IMG/VR virus record: IMGVR_UViG_3300033067_000977 | Span: 1-48,565 of that record | Origin: a virus | Lineage: Duplodnaviria > Caudoviricetes | Strand: one strand, 5' to 3' | DNA length: 48,565 bases | In this document: positions 8,283 to 17,900 of the stretch, piece after piece | How positions within the stretch are numbered: the stretch's first letter is position 1 | Layout: each line of letters opens with the position of its first letter | Made by a program: the position numbers and the translations under genes | Notes under the pieces: model-generated | Database searches by the model: none | Seen by the model: only the letters and a program-made list of their open reading frames with translations | What the model was told of the DNA's origin: nothing

Positions 8283-9928
8283 CCCTTAACCCCTTTCAGC
8301 ACGCTCTCGACCACATCCTGCCGGGCCTCGAGCGCCGTGTAGACTTGTTCGTCGACGGTCCCCTTCGCGATCAGGTGGAAATAGGTGACATTCCGATCTT
8401 GTCCCGGCCGATGCGTGCGCTTCCTCGCCTGGAGATATTCGCCCAGTGAAAAGCCGAGAGAGTAGAAGACGCAATATCGCGCCCGCACAAGATTAATCCC
8501 GACACCGCCGCTCTGGATCTGGACCGCAAGAACTGGCGCCGCACCCGATTGCCAAGCAGCAAGTTCGTTCTTGCGTCCAGACAATTCGAGGGAGGCCCGC
8601 CCAAGAGCAGCGGCCACTGTATGCACGGCGTCGAGGTCGTGATGGAATCGGCAGAAGATAACGATGGGTTCTTCATCTTTCAGGTCCTCCATGAGATCGG
8701 CCAGCGCGTCCTGCTTGGCCGTGTCGATTTGTAAGAGCTGCCCGTCTTCGCCCGTCTCGATGTTCCGGTCCTGTCGCGCCCAGCCTGAGCCGATCTGCTG
8801 CAGCCTGAGCAGCCGCGTCAGCGCATTGCTCGCCGTCACCGTCCCGTCGGCCACACCGACGACGAATTCCGTCTTGAGCACCTGGTAGAGCTTCTTCGCG
8901 TAGGCGGAGAGGATCACCGGCCGGACCACGTCGACGGCTTCGGGGAGGCTTTGCACGTCTTCCGACTTCACCCGGTAGGCGATCGAATAGAACCGCTTCT
9001 GGAGCTCATCTTGATTCTCATAACCAAGCACTTGACGGTTCCCGAACCCGCCCATCTTGGCGTACCGCGCACGAAAAGCCGTGAAGCTGGTCCCGAAAAT
9101 CCCCTTATCGAGGAACCGATATTGCGCGTAGCAATCGAGCGGGCTGTGTGGCATCGGCGTTCCCGTGAGGCAGATTCGATGGGGGACCTTGTCGCCGAGC
9201 CGGGAGACGAACATCGCAGCCTTGCCCCCTGGCGCCTTGCACCGATGGGACTCATCCAGGATCACGGCATCCCACGAGGTCTTGAGCAGAATCTCGGCCA
9301 TGCCTGGACGCCACGCGGCGTCGTAGTTGAGGATCACCACCGCGGCTTGATGGCGCGCACGCTGCAGATCGAGGAACGCGACGAGCTTTTTTGCGCGACC
9401 CCCCATTGTTCCGTCATCCAGCGGGAGGCATCCCACCGGCCGGCCACCGTGCCGGGCAAATTCAGACGGCCACACCTGGACGACTGACTTCGGGCAGAGG
9501 ATCAACGTCCGCTGCCACTCCTTATTGACGACGAGGTCGATCGAAATTTTTGTTTTGCCCACTCCCATGTCAAGCGCAAGCATCACGGCGTCGAGGTTCC
9601 AGGCGTAATGATAGGCGCGCAGCTGGTGGGCCCATGGTGTCGTCTTCGTGCAGGGGATCGCCGGCAGATCATCCGCCGTCTTGTGCGCTTGAGCCTGGTC
9701 CATCCGATGGGCCTCGGCCAGCAGCACCTTCGCGTCATCCGTCCAGGAGCTCTCGGCATGTGGCAAGGTCAAGAAGATCTGTCGCGCGGCCGATGGCGTC
9801 GCCGGGTACGTCCACATCTTGAGCTCGGGCTTCCAGCGCGCCCCAGGAATCGACTTACAGACATCCTTCATGTAGTAGGGCGCCTGAATTGCGAGGAGAT
9901 TGTCGGCGAGAAAGACGTGACAGCTCAT
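8279..9928 (-). CDS. SNF2-family helicase
   Basis: DMGVGKT, ILDESH, LTGTP, SGGVGINL and QARKRTHRPGQ; start re-called at MSCHVFLADN. Confidence 0.92.
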   Translation of the reverse strand: MSCHVFLADNLLAIQAPYYMKDVCKSIPGARWKPELKMWTYPATPSAARQIFLTLPHAESSWTDDAKVLLAEAHRMDQAQAHKTADDLPAIPCTKTTPWAHQLRAYHYAWNLDAVMLALDMGVGKTKISIDLVVNKEWQRTLILCPKSVVQVWPSEFARHGGRPVGCLPLDDGTMGGRAKKLVAFLDLQRARHQAAVVILNYDAAWRPGMAEILLKTSWDAVILDESHRCKAPGGKAAMFVSRLGDKVPHRICLTGTPMPHSPLDCYAQYRFLDKGIFGTSFTAFRARYAKMGGFGNRQVLGYENQDELQKRFYSIAYRVKSEDVQSLPEAVDVVRPVILSAYAKKLYQVLKTEFVVGVADGTVTASNALTRLLRLQQIGSGWARQDRNIETGEDGQLLQIDTAKQDALADLMEDLKDEEPIVIFCRFHHDLDAVHTVAAALGRASLELSGRKNELAAWQSGAAPVLAVQIQSGGVGINLVRARYCVFYSLGFSLGEYLQARKRTHRPGQDRNVTYFHLIAKGTVDEQVYTALEARQDVVESVLKGVKG

Positions 9929-10092
9929 CGCGAGACCTTCCAGAGGAGTCCATGGGCACAGAGCCGTTCGATCTGTAGCCGTTGCTGCCGACGCTTCAAG
10001 ACGATCTTCTTCCAGGTTTCGCAGGCCACTTCGTAGATCACCCACAACGCCCACAGGCAGACGCACGAGAGAAAGACAATACGGTACGGCAT
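9925..10092 (-). CDS. Small membrane protein (55 aa)
   Basis: GGAGG RBS; hydrophobic N-terminus with a basic tail; stop overlaps the SNF2 start. Confidence 0.6.
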   Translation of the reverse strand: MPYRIVFLSCVCLWALWVIYEVACETWKKIVLKRRQQRLQIERLCAHGLLWKVSR

Positions 10093-10112
10093 CACACCTC
10101 CTAGTGCTAGTG

Positions 10113-10271
10113 CTAGTTCGTGGGTTGAGTCATATCGGCGTCGACCAGGCGCCGAACCACTTCGGACATTTTGTAATGTCGCTGGTCCTTGGCACGTTTC
10201 TTGATGTGTTTGATCTGTACGTCGGGGAGCCGGATGGTGAAGTTCTTCATCACTGGGATCGGTTTCTTCAT
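10113..10271 (-). CDS. Ribbon-helix-helix (Arc/CopG-like) regulator (52 aa)
   Basis: KNFTIRLPD...MSEVVRRLVD pattern; GGAGG RBS; first gene after a strong promoter. Confidence 0.75.
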   Translation of the reverse strand: MKKPIPVMKNFTIRLPDVQIKHIKKRAKDQRHYKMSEVVRRLVDADMTQPTN

Positions 10272-10290
10272 GTTCGCCTCCGTTTGTGCA

Positions 10291-10302
10291 TTGCATATGC
10301 AA
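10291..10302. promoter_or_regulatory. Palindrome TTGCATATGCAA, candidate operator
   Basis: Perfect 12-bp palindrome just downstream of the leftward promoter. Confidence 0.45.
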
Positions 10303-10311
10303 GGCGAACGC

Positions 10312-10340
10312 AATATAGTATTAGCACTAGAGAATGTCAA
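10312..10340 (-). promoter_or_regulatory. Sigma70-type leftward promoter
   Basis: TTGACA-17 nt-TATATT. Confidence 0.8.
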
Positions 10341-10402
10341 GCCTGAAATGAAACTATTTTCTGCCCTAGGCGATGTACGTATTCCGTGACACGAAAAAGA
10401 GC

Positions 10403-10431
10403 TTGACAGTACTGGCACTGTACGGTAATCT
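10403..10431 (+). promoter_or_regulatory. Sigma70-type rightward (recombinase) promoter
   Basis: TTGACA-17 nt-TAATCT. Confidence 0.7.
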
Positions 10432-10491
10432 CATCACGAAACGCCTTGCGTTTGCAGGGCGAGCGAGAGGCACTCAAGAGAGGATCGTTCC

Positions 10492-11466
10492 ATGATCACA
10501 TTTCAAGAATTGGCAGCGTTCTATTTTGAACAGCATCTTTTGAAGAAGTCTTCGTATCCCTACTATCGACGGCTCTTCAAGCAGCTCTTCTCGTCCTGGA
10601 CGGAGCACAAGACCTGCTTCGAGCTGAAGACGTGGCACGATGGACTTGAGTACACGCCGGCCCATGCAAATAAGGCGTTGGGCTTTCTCAAGGCTATGTA
10701 CAATTGGGCCCAGCGCAACGGAGATGCCACCGGGAAAAGGGCCCTATGGGAAGGCGAGAATCCCGCGGCCAACGTGCAGCGCCATCGGCAGGAGAGCCGG
10801 GAGCGCATCTTCAGCGATCTCGATCTCGTTCAGCTGTTCACCTATCTCGGCTTTGCCAGCCAGAAGCTCGATACGTTTCTCACCATGCTCTTCTGTACCG
10901 GATGCCGCATGAGTGAAGCCCGGCAGATGAAGTGGGCGCATGTGGACCTCGTGCAAGGGATCTGGTTCAAGCCGACCACGAAAAACGGCATGTCGCAGCG
11001 GATCCCGCTGTCCCGCCAGGCGATCGCGGCACTCGAATCCATGCCACGCGACGGGGACTATGTCTTCATGGGCCTGTACGGCCGCTGCTGGTCCCGCTGT
11101 GGCGCCGAGAAAGCCTGGGGGATCTTCAGAAAGGGTCCGGGCTTGCAAGACTTGACGCTCCATGATATTCGTCGAACCGTGGGCTCGCGAGTCTATGAGC
11201 AGACGAAAGACGTCATGCTGGTCAAAGCCGTCTTGAACCATCGGCCCAACAGCATCACGGAAATCTACATGCGGACGCAGTACAAACGAATCGCGACGGC
11301 ACTCCAGGACCACGCCGACGCGCTGTGGGTCTTACGAAAGGAGATTCCCTATGAGAGCCTGTATGCTGCTCCTGCTGTGCCTGAGCACGCTGGTTTCCTG
11401 CCAGTCGGCAGCGAGTCGTCAAGCGGACATCGAGCAAGCCGCGTGGGAACGATCCCTGACGCCTGA
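10492..11466 (+). CDS. int: Tyrosine recombinase/integrase
   Basis: Catalytic R (TGCRMSE), K (TTKNG), HxxR (LHDIRR), H (LNH) and Y (EIYMR). Confidence 0.92.
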   Translation: MITFQELAAFYFEQHLLKKSSYPYYRRLFKQLFSSWTEHKTCFELKTWHDGLEYTPAHANKALGFLKAMYNWAQRNGDATGKRALWEGENPAANVQRHRQESRERIFSDLDLVQLFTYLGFASQKLDTFLTMLFCTGCRMSEARQMKWAHVDLVQGIWFKPTTKNGMSQRIPLSRQAIAALESMPRDGDYVFMGLYGRCWSRCGAEKAWGIFRKGPGLQDLTLHDIRRTVGSRVYEQTKDVMLVKAVLNHRPNSITEIYMRTQYKRIATALQDHADALWVLRKEIPYESLYAAPAVPEHAGFLPVGSESSSGHRASRVGTIPDA

Positions 11467-11638
11467 TCAGCGGATTCGATTGGAGGCCGCACGGCTGCAA
11501 GCCTTGGGGTTGGCCCTGTCCGGAGGGCCGATCTTCAAGGCGCCGTCGGCTTCGGCCGCGCCCCAGCCGACCTATGGGCCAAGGATGACGTGCTTCGATA
11601 ATCAGATCGGCGGGAGTGTCTATACGAATTGCTTCTAG
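11351..11638 (+). CDS. Small lipoprotein, possible superinfection exclusion factor
   Basis: AAGGAG RBS; lipobox LVS-C; C-terminal TC...TNC pair; co-transcribed with int. Confidence 0.7.
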   Translation: MRACMLLLLCLSTLVSCQSAASRQADIEQAAWERSLTPDQRIRLEAARLQALGLALSGGPIFKAPSASAAPQPTYGPRMTCFDNQIGGSVYTNCF

Positions 11639-13440
11639 GTATTGTCGCTGCGTCCTGATTCGATTGCCGCAGTGGCCGTGGAGGCTTTGCATCTGAAGAC
11701 ATCGGTCGCAGCCGGCGCCCAATCCGTATTATTATACATGCGAAGGTTCGCGCCTTCCTTGAGCGTCGTGTTCCCGTTCGTGACTTCGAATTCATACTCT
11801 TCGCCCACCGTCATACTCTCGAACCCCGTCACGTTCTGCGCGCTCGGATTCGTGAGCAGGTACTTCTTCCCAAAGCGGAGGTCCGGCGTGGCCACACCAG
11901 GCTCGATGGAGGGGATCGGACTCGGCGAGGTCGTATTCGCTTCGGTCAACTCCCCAGTGATCCGAAGCTTGCCGATCTTTTCCGTGCCGTAGCCCCCGAA
12001 TCCGTTTGGCGTCCAGATGGTCCGGCCATCGCCGCCCCCGTCAGCCGTGATCGTGCCGAGCTCCAGCACGTCGACCACTTGCGCCGTGCCCGATGCCCCC
12101 AAGGCGGTATAGGCCCCGCTTGAATCGCGGCCCCATCCTGACAGCGTGAGCATGTCAATCTTTGCCGCGCGCACCTTGGCCCCGCCGCCGCCGGTAAAAT
12201 GCACCGCTTGAAAACCGAGCTCCGTCCCCTTCAGGCCGATCAAGCGCGCCACATCAATGATGGAGGTCCCCGCGACCGAGATGGTTACGAGTCCCCCGAG
12301 GATCGAGGAGCTGCCGGGGATATTGCTCCCCGTCACGTTCTGCGCTTCAACGACGTCGACCCGCTCCGTCCCGAACGTCCCGAAGAGAACCCCATGCCGG
12401 CAGTTGTCGAAGTCCAAATCGTGGATCCGCCACCGGCGGAACTGCCCTGTCGACGATACCCCGTCGCCGACCACCTTCACCGCCTGGCATGTGGCAATGG
12501 TCGCGTTCTTGACGGTATTCCGGACGAGGCTCAGGCTCCGGTTCGCGAAGCAGTACATTCCATGCTCGCCGGTATTGTTCTGGTCGACGTTATTGTGTCC
12601 GATGAACCCGTCCTGGACACGGTTCATGATGATCGCCGATCCGTTATGATGCGTGTCCGGCGCGCCGCCGCTGCGCACCAACGAGTGTTCAACCGACGCG
12701 AGTTCGATCCCATAGCCGGACCCGCCGTCGCAGTAGATGGGCCCGTTCCAGCCGTCAATCCGGCAATGGGAGACATGGATCCGACGCCCGCCCGTGATCC
12801 CGGTCCCGTCCAGATTGAGCCGGACGCCATACATGCTTTGATCGCTGGTCAACGCGCTCTGCGTCCGGAGGGTCAGGTCACGAAGGAGAATGCTCCCGGT
12901 TCCCACGATCCCATGGAGTAGGTTACTCGCCGCGGTCATGGTCAGAAACGTCGCATCCATCCCGGCGCCCTGAAAAATAATATGCTTGCTGCCACAGTTC
13001 AGGGTGCCGCTGAAGAGATAGTCTCCAGGGCCCAGTTGCATCGTGCCACCAGCGGCCGGCAGATCGGCAATCGACGCCGTGATCGGATCGGTATTGTCGA
13101 CGGAGCTCGAGGCTTCCCCTTCATTGTCTTCTGGACGAACCGTCGCCGGCACATCTTCGTCGACCACGTCGAGGATCTGGACGCCGTCAGCCTGAAACAG
13201 CGTCACACTCCCGTCGCGCGTCTTGACGACGAGCTTATAGACCCCGGAGAAATAGCCATACACGAGCCCGTTCGCGTCGCCTTCAATGGGATTTGCCGCG
13301 GTGATCGCTTTGCCGCGGTCCATCCAGGCCACCTTCTCTTGCGTGGTCCCAGGCAGATAGTGGTAGAGCTTCGGCGAGGGGACTAGCTGCCCTTCGTGGA
13401 AGAACGGTCCCAATAGGAGGAACTGTGCCAGCCCGCTCAT
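11635..13440 (-). CDS. Tailspike / receptor-binding protein with right-handed beta-helix
   Basis: N-terminal anchor domain; AGGTMQLGPGDY...GAG..AT start of a pectin-lyase-like helix; start re-called at MSGLAQF. Confidence 0.8.
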   Translation of the reverse strand: MSGLAQFLLLGPFFHEGQLVPSPKLYHYLPGTTQEKVAWMDRGKAITAANPIEGDANGLVYGYFSGVYKLVVKTRDGSVTLFQADGVQILDVVDEDVPATVRPEDNEGEASSSVDNTDPITASIADLPAAGGTMQLGPGDYLFSGTLNCGSKHIIFQGAGMDATFLTMTAASNLLHGIVGTGSILLRDLTLRTQSALTSDQSMYGVRLNLDGTGITGGRRIHVSHCRIDGWNGPIYCDGGSGYGIELASVEHSLVRSGGAPDTHHNGSAIIMNRVQDGFIGHNNVDQNNTGEHGMYCFANRSLSLVRNTVKNATIATCQAVKVVGDGVSSTGQFRRWRIHDLDFDNCRHGVLFGTFGTERVDVVEAQNVTGSNIPGSSSILGGLVTISVAGTSIIDVARLIGLKGTELGFQAVHFTGGGGAKVRAAKIDMLTLSGWGRDSSGAYTALGASGTAQVVDVLELGTITADGGGDGRTIWTPNGFGGYGTEKIGKLRITGELTEANTTSPSPIPSIEPGVATPDLRFGKKYLLTNPSAQNVTGFESMTVGEEYEFEVTNGNTTLKEGANLRMYNNTDWAPAATDVFRCKASTATAAIESGRSDNT

Positions 13441-13444
13441 GAGA

Positions 13445-14962
13445 TCACCATCGAATCTGTACTCCAATCGCCATAGACGGAGGCGTATTGCTCGCATCCC
13501 ATTCCGTGGCTTCAAGGCCAATATGGAACCCAGCCGAGCCGCCGGCCGTCGTTTGTCGTCCGAATTTCCCACCGAGGATGATCGCGTTTGCCCCGTCTTG
13601 GGAGGCTGAGGTAATGACACTCGCTGCCACGCCGCCGAGGTTGTCCAATGGCACCATGGACCGTCCGCGCACGTCGGGGAGCTGGAATTTATTGTGCACC
13701 GTATGCGTCCCAGTCCCGTTCGTCGTTCCGTTCACCGCCGCCCCGCCGCGCGTGAGCGAGAGCTTGAAGGTCGTTGTGGTCGCATTGATCACGTAATAGA
13801 CGGTCGCCACCGCAAACCCACTGGGTAGCGCGCCGCCGGAGTTGGTGAGCTGGACGATGTCCCCATCGATCAGCCCATGCGTGACACTGGTCCAGATTTC
13901 TGTTGCGTTGTCGAAGGTCGCGGTTACGAGCGACGTGCCAGACGTGCCGAGCGTCACCGCAGAAGGAATACATTTCTTCGCCAGGGCCCGATACCTGGAG
14001 GCCACGAGTGCCGTGCCGACGGGGAACAGGAACCCATCGTCGGCCGTCGTCGCGAATTTCCCCTTGAAGTCAGACGGCGCCAGCGTCGGTCCAGACCGAA
14101 ACGCCACGAGCCACACCCCCAGACTCAGCGATCGAAACTCCACGATCTCGTTCGTACACAGCCGATAGTCGTCGCCGTTCGGACAGATGAGCGACGCGCT
14201 GTTGATGAGCTGGACGCCGGAGCCGGTAAACCGTGCCATGAAGTGGTAGCCCGCCGGCATGGAGGCCAGTGCGGTAATGTCCAGGTCCGTCCCTCCAATG
14301 TCGACGAAGTCCCCATCCGCCGGGATCGCGAGTGTGGCCAAGGCCGGATAGGTGCTGCCGATCCGCCCCTCGTAATGGCCTTCAGCTCCCTGATAGTGCA
14401 TGGCCAGCCGCCAGGCGTTATTCCCTTCGTTCAAGAAGAAGCCCACATCGCCCGTCCGAAAGGTGCGCGGCTTGGCGTTCGGCAGAATGAGATTCGCGGA
14501 ATGGGTCATGGTCTGGTCGACATCGAACGCCAGCCATTGGAACGGCGGATCGCCCGTGATCTGTGCGATGGGCGCGCTCCCGATGATATGCGTCCAAATG
14601 CCAGGCCCGACGTTGATCGTCGACGCCGCGGTGACTGCGTCGCCTTCCTCGAAGACGGATTGAATGGTATCCAGGATCGAGAAGTTGTCCCAGGTATACA
14701 GGACTTCACTGGTCGGCCCGGTCGACGTCGCCTTCGCAATGATCAGCTTGTAGAGCCCATCGCCGAAGAACGACAGGAGTCCGCGCGCGTCGCCCTGGTA
14801 GGGATTCTGGAGCACGATACTCTTCGAGCGATCTTGCCAAATGTCTTTTGGCGAACTGAATCCGACCGACCCGGCTTCATAGTGATAGACCTTGACGCCG
14901 CTCTGCAGCACCCCACCATCGAAGAACGGCCCGAGGGTCTGGAATTGCGCGTTCGTACTCAC
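13445..14962 (-). CDS. Tail fibre protein with tail-collar-like C-terminus
   Basis: Anchor domain paralogous to the tailspike; GFLFPVG...SRYRAL...FQLPDVRGR collar-like motifs. Confidence 0.78.
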   Translation of the reverse strand: MSTNAQFQTLGPFFDGGVLQSGVKVYHYEAGSVGFSSPKDIWQDRSKSIVLQNPYQGDARGLLSFFGDGLYKLIIAKATSTGPTSEVLYTWDNFSILDTIQSVFEEGDAVTAASTINVGPGIWTHIIGSAPIAQITGDPPFQWLAFDVDQTMTHSANLILPNAKPRTFRTGDVGFFLNEGNNAWRLAMHYQGAEGHYEGRIGSTYPALATLAIPADGDFVDIGGTDLDITALASMPAGYHFMARFTGSGVQLINSASLICPNGDDYRLCTNEIVEFRSLSLGVWLVAFRSGPTLAPSDFKGKFATTADDGFLFPVGTALVASRYRALAKKCIPSAVTLGTSGTSLVTATFDNATEIWTSVTHGLIDGDIVQLTNSGGALPSGFAVATVYYVINATTTTFKLSLTRGGAAVNGTTNGTGTHTVHNKFQLPDVRGRSMVPLDNLGGVAASVITSASQDGANAIILGGKFGRQTTAGGSAGFHIGLEATEWDASNTPPSMAIGVQIRW

Positions 14963-17900
14963 GGCTGGTCCTCATGCAGTTCGCTGAGATTGTAGAGATG
15001 CAGCCGCAGCTGGTGCCGGACCATGGCGTTATCCGGTCCATACGTGCCGGCATTGACAAGGGTCTGGTAGACCTTCGGATCGAAGAACGATTCCAGGAGG
15101 ATCGCCTCCTGCTGCTTGGCCGTCATCCGGGCAAACGTCTTGATCAGGAAGTTCGCCGCGCGCTCACCGCCGCCATAGAGCATCGGCACCCGCCCCGTCA
15201 GTGTGGCCCAGGTACGGGAGACCAAGGTACTCGCCAGCGCGGCCTGCACTTGCAGATTGATCGCGGTATCTGAGCGGTCTCGGCCTCCCTTCGAAATCTT
15301 CTGCACGGCTTCCGCCGTGGTCCTGAGCCGGGCCATGCCTTCCGGCCCGAGTACCCGCTCCATGATCTGCCCGTTGCCTTCGATCCACCGCTGGAGCTCT
15401 TTGTGAAACACCCCGAGGTTCATCTCGCCGGTCAGTCCGGTCAGTTTCGGTTGAATCTTTTCGACGAGCCCTTCCCAAATGGCCTTGTTGAGCCCCGCCA
15501 CGGCGTCAGGATCGTGCTTCACCAAGGCGAGCGCCTTGTCATACTCCTTCAGCGGCTCTTTACCTGTGGCGATCAGATAGCCCACATCCTGGGCATTCTG
15601 TTTCAGGAACAAACTCGCCTTGCTGCCCTGCCAGTCGTGGAGGTTTCGCTCGGCCACATCCTGGACATGCTTCAGGTCGGCCTCGGCGTCGGCAATGTCG
15701 CGCGGCGTGAAGTCACCCGGACGGCGTTCGGCTTCGACGCGACGCATCAGGAGCTCTTGCCCCTTCTTCCCTTGTTGATAGGCGGAGACCTGCTCTCGGA
15801 GACTGTCGGCCCGCTCTTGCATAGCCGCAACATCCGTGAAATGCGTCTGGAGATCCGGGAACGCTTTCAGCTTGTCCTGGTTCTGTCGAAGCCATTCCGC
15901 CGAGGCCGCGGCGTCCACATCCAGCCGGCCGCCAGGGAGGCGCCGGATCGCTTTGTCCGTCCAGTCCTTCAGGGCATAGTCTCGGAGTGCGATCTTGGCC
16001 ATGTCCTGGTTCTCGAACGCTTTGAGAAAGTCGTTGATGCTGGTCTCGTTCTTCCAGAACAGCCCCGGCACCGATTCATCATCCTGCGTATAGTCCCCGT
16101 ATCGGTTCACGCGACGGAGCTTGTTCGCCGTGCCCTTGTACAGCGTCTCGATTCCTGCCCGGTAGTCAGCCGAAATGTTCCGGTAGAGCGTGCCATGGTC
16201 CGGATAGAATTTCGCAAACTTCGAGGCGCCAGGGAGGAGCATGTCGATGTCACCATCGATTGCGCCGGTCAGCTCATGGAGCACATAACTCTGCACGCGG
16301 TTGTCGCCGGCCCGGGCATTGCGCGCCATCGTGAGGAGGTCTGACCGGACCTGTCGAAGATCCTTGAGGCTCGCCGACGGCGTGTTCAGGAGCTCTTCCA
16401 TCACCGGTTCGTAATACGGGGTCTTCAGGAATTCCTGATCGCCCCTGATCCGTGTCGCCACTTCTTCCGCAACCTCACCGGACGGCCGCTTGCCGGCCGC
16501 GAGGTCCTTGAGCGCGGCGTCGATCTGATCCCGCGACGACGAGGTCCGCGTCACGTCGTCCATCGGTTTCCCCGTCCGAGGATCCAGGTGGTCTTTCGAT
16601 TTGACCGTCAGCTTAATCGTGAGGTCCTTGTACCATTGCGGCGTGCCCCGCTTGAGCCCGTCGACCGGTCGCCCCAAGTCGTCGAGATTCCGGAACCCCG
16701 GCCCAGAGGCATCGCGAATCTCGAGATCCGCCATCGCCTTTTCGGCTCGCATCATGAGCTCGTAGTCATGCCCCATGTCCCCTAAGACTGTGGCCACACG
16801 GGGATTCATCTTGGCGATCACTTGCATCTGTTCAGGAAATTGCGCCTGAATGTCGCCGAGCTTCTGGATGGTGTTCGTAACCGGTAGTTCAGCGTGCCCG
16901 AGCTGGTCGAGCTCCCGATAGTCCGCCGCCGAGCGTTCCCTGAATTTCCCCACTTCTTCGAGGTAGGCCCCGCGGATGACTTCTCCGCGTTGCTTATTCG
17001 AGAGCATGGGATTGAGGGCCCGCAGCCTGGCGTCGATCGTGGCGTCGGCCTTCTGCATGCGGCGTTCGAGGTCTTCCAGAAGTGCCGCCGCGCGCTTGGA
17101 AATGTCCCCGCGGATCGCATCGATCCGGGTTTGCGTCCTCGCCACATCCGCTTGACCGGCCTCCAGCAGCGTCCGCCGTTGCGTTTCCAGGGCCTCGACC
17201 AGGTTCGTCGTATTGCCCTTCGGTTCGGTCTCGTTGAAGTATTTGTAGACGGCGTCGATATTCTGCGTCCGCCGATCGCGCGACTTGGCCCGTGCCGCCG
17301 GGCTGGACTTCTCGAACGCGAGCTGCGTATCGGACACGCTACCTTGCGGGATCGCTTCCCCGGCCGAGAGGCGCAGCCCTTCATCAGGACCAGCCCCGGG
17401 CGAGATTTCTTGCCGCAGCTCCGCAGCTCGCGTGACTCCCGCTTGCACGTCTTCCGGTTTCGCCGCCAGCTCGAGGGTTTGCCCGAGTCGCCGTTTCGTC
17501 TCCGCTTCGGTCTCGGCGCCGAGGATCACCCGCGCGCCGGTATGCACGGCTTCGCGTGCCTTCCGGATCATCCCCATCACGGTTGACGGCGCAAAGGAGC
17601 CGATCACTTCCCCAGCAAACTCGGCCAGCCGTCCGCCTTCCGGGAACACTTTCGAGGCGAGATCCGCCCCGGCACCCGCTCCCGCTGCCAGTGCGGTTTC
17701 AATCGCGGCGAGTTTCGCCGGCCCGACCGCATGGAGTTGTTCCACGATCGCTTGCGGGATATTCCGCACGGCTTCGTAGAGCGAACCGGGATTCGCGCCA
17801 GCTTCGCCTGCCGCCAGGGCCCGCTTCCCCATCGAGACCGCCGCCTGCCCCGCCGTGGTCGCCCCGCGGATCACTTCCGCCCCAGCCAACAGCGGCACGT

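Noticed and set aside
10340-10491. attP or tRNA-derived core beside the recombinase
   Set aside because: No tRNA-like segment or clear core/arm repeats could be recognised; a host sequence is needed.
11635-14962. Diversity-generating retroelement, suggested by the BPP-1-like head genes
   Set aside because: No reverse transcriptase or avd gene, and no adenine-mismatched TR/VR pair was seen by eye.
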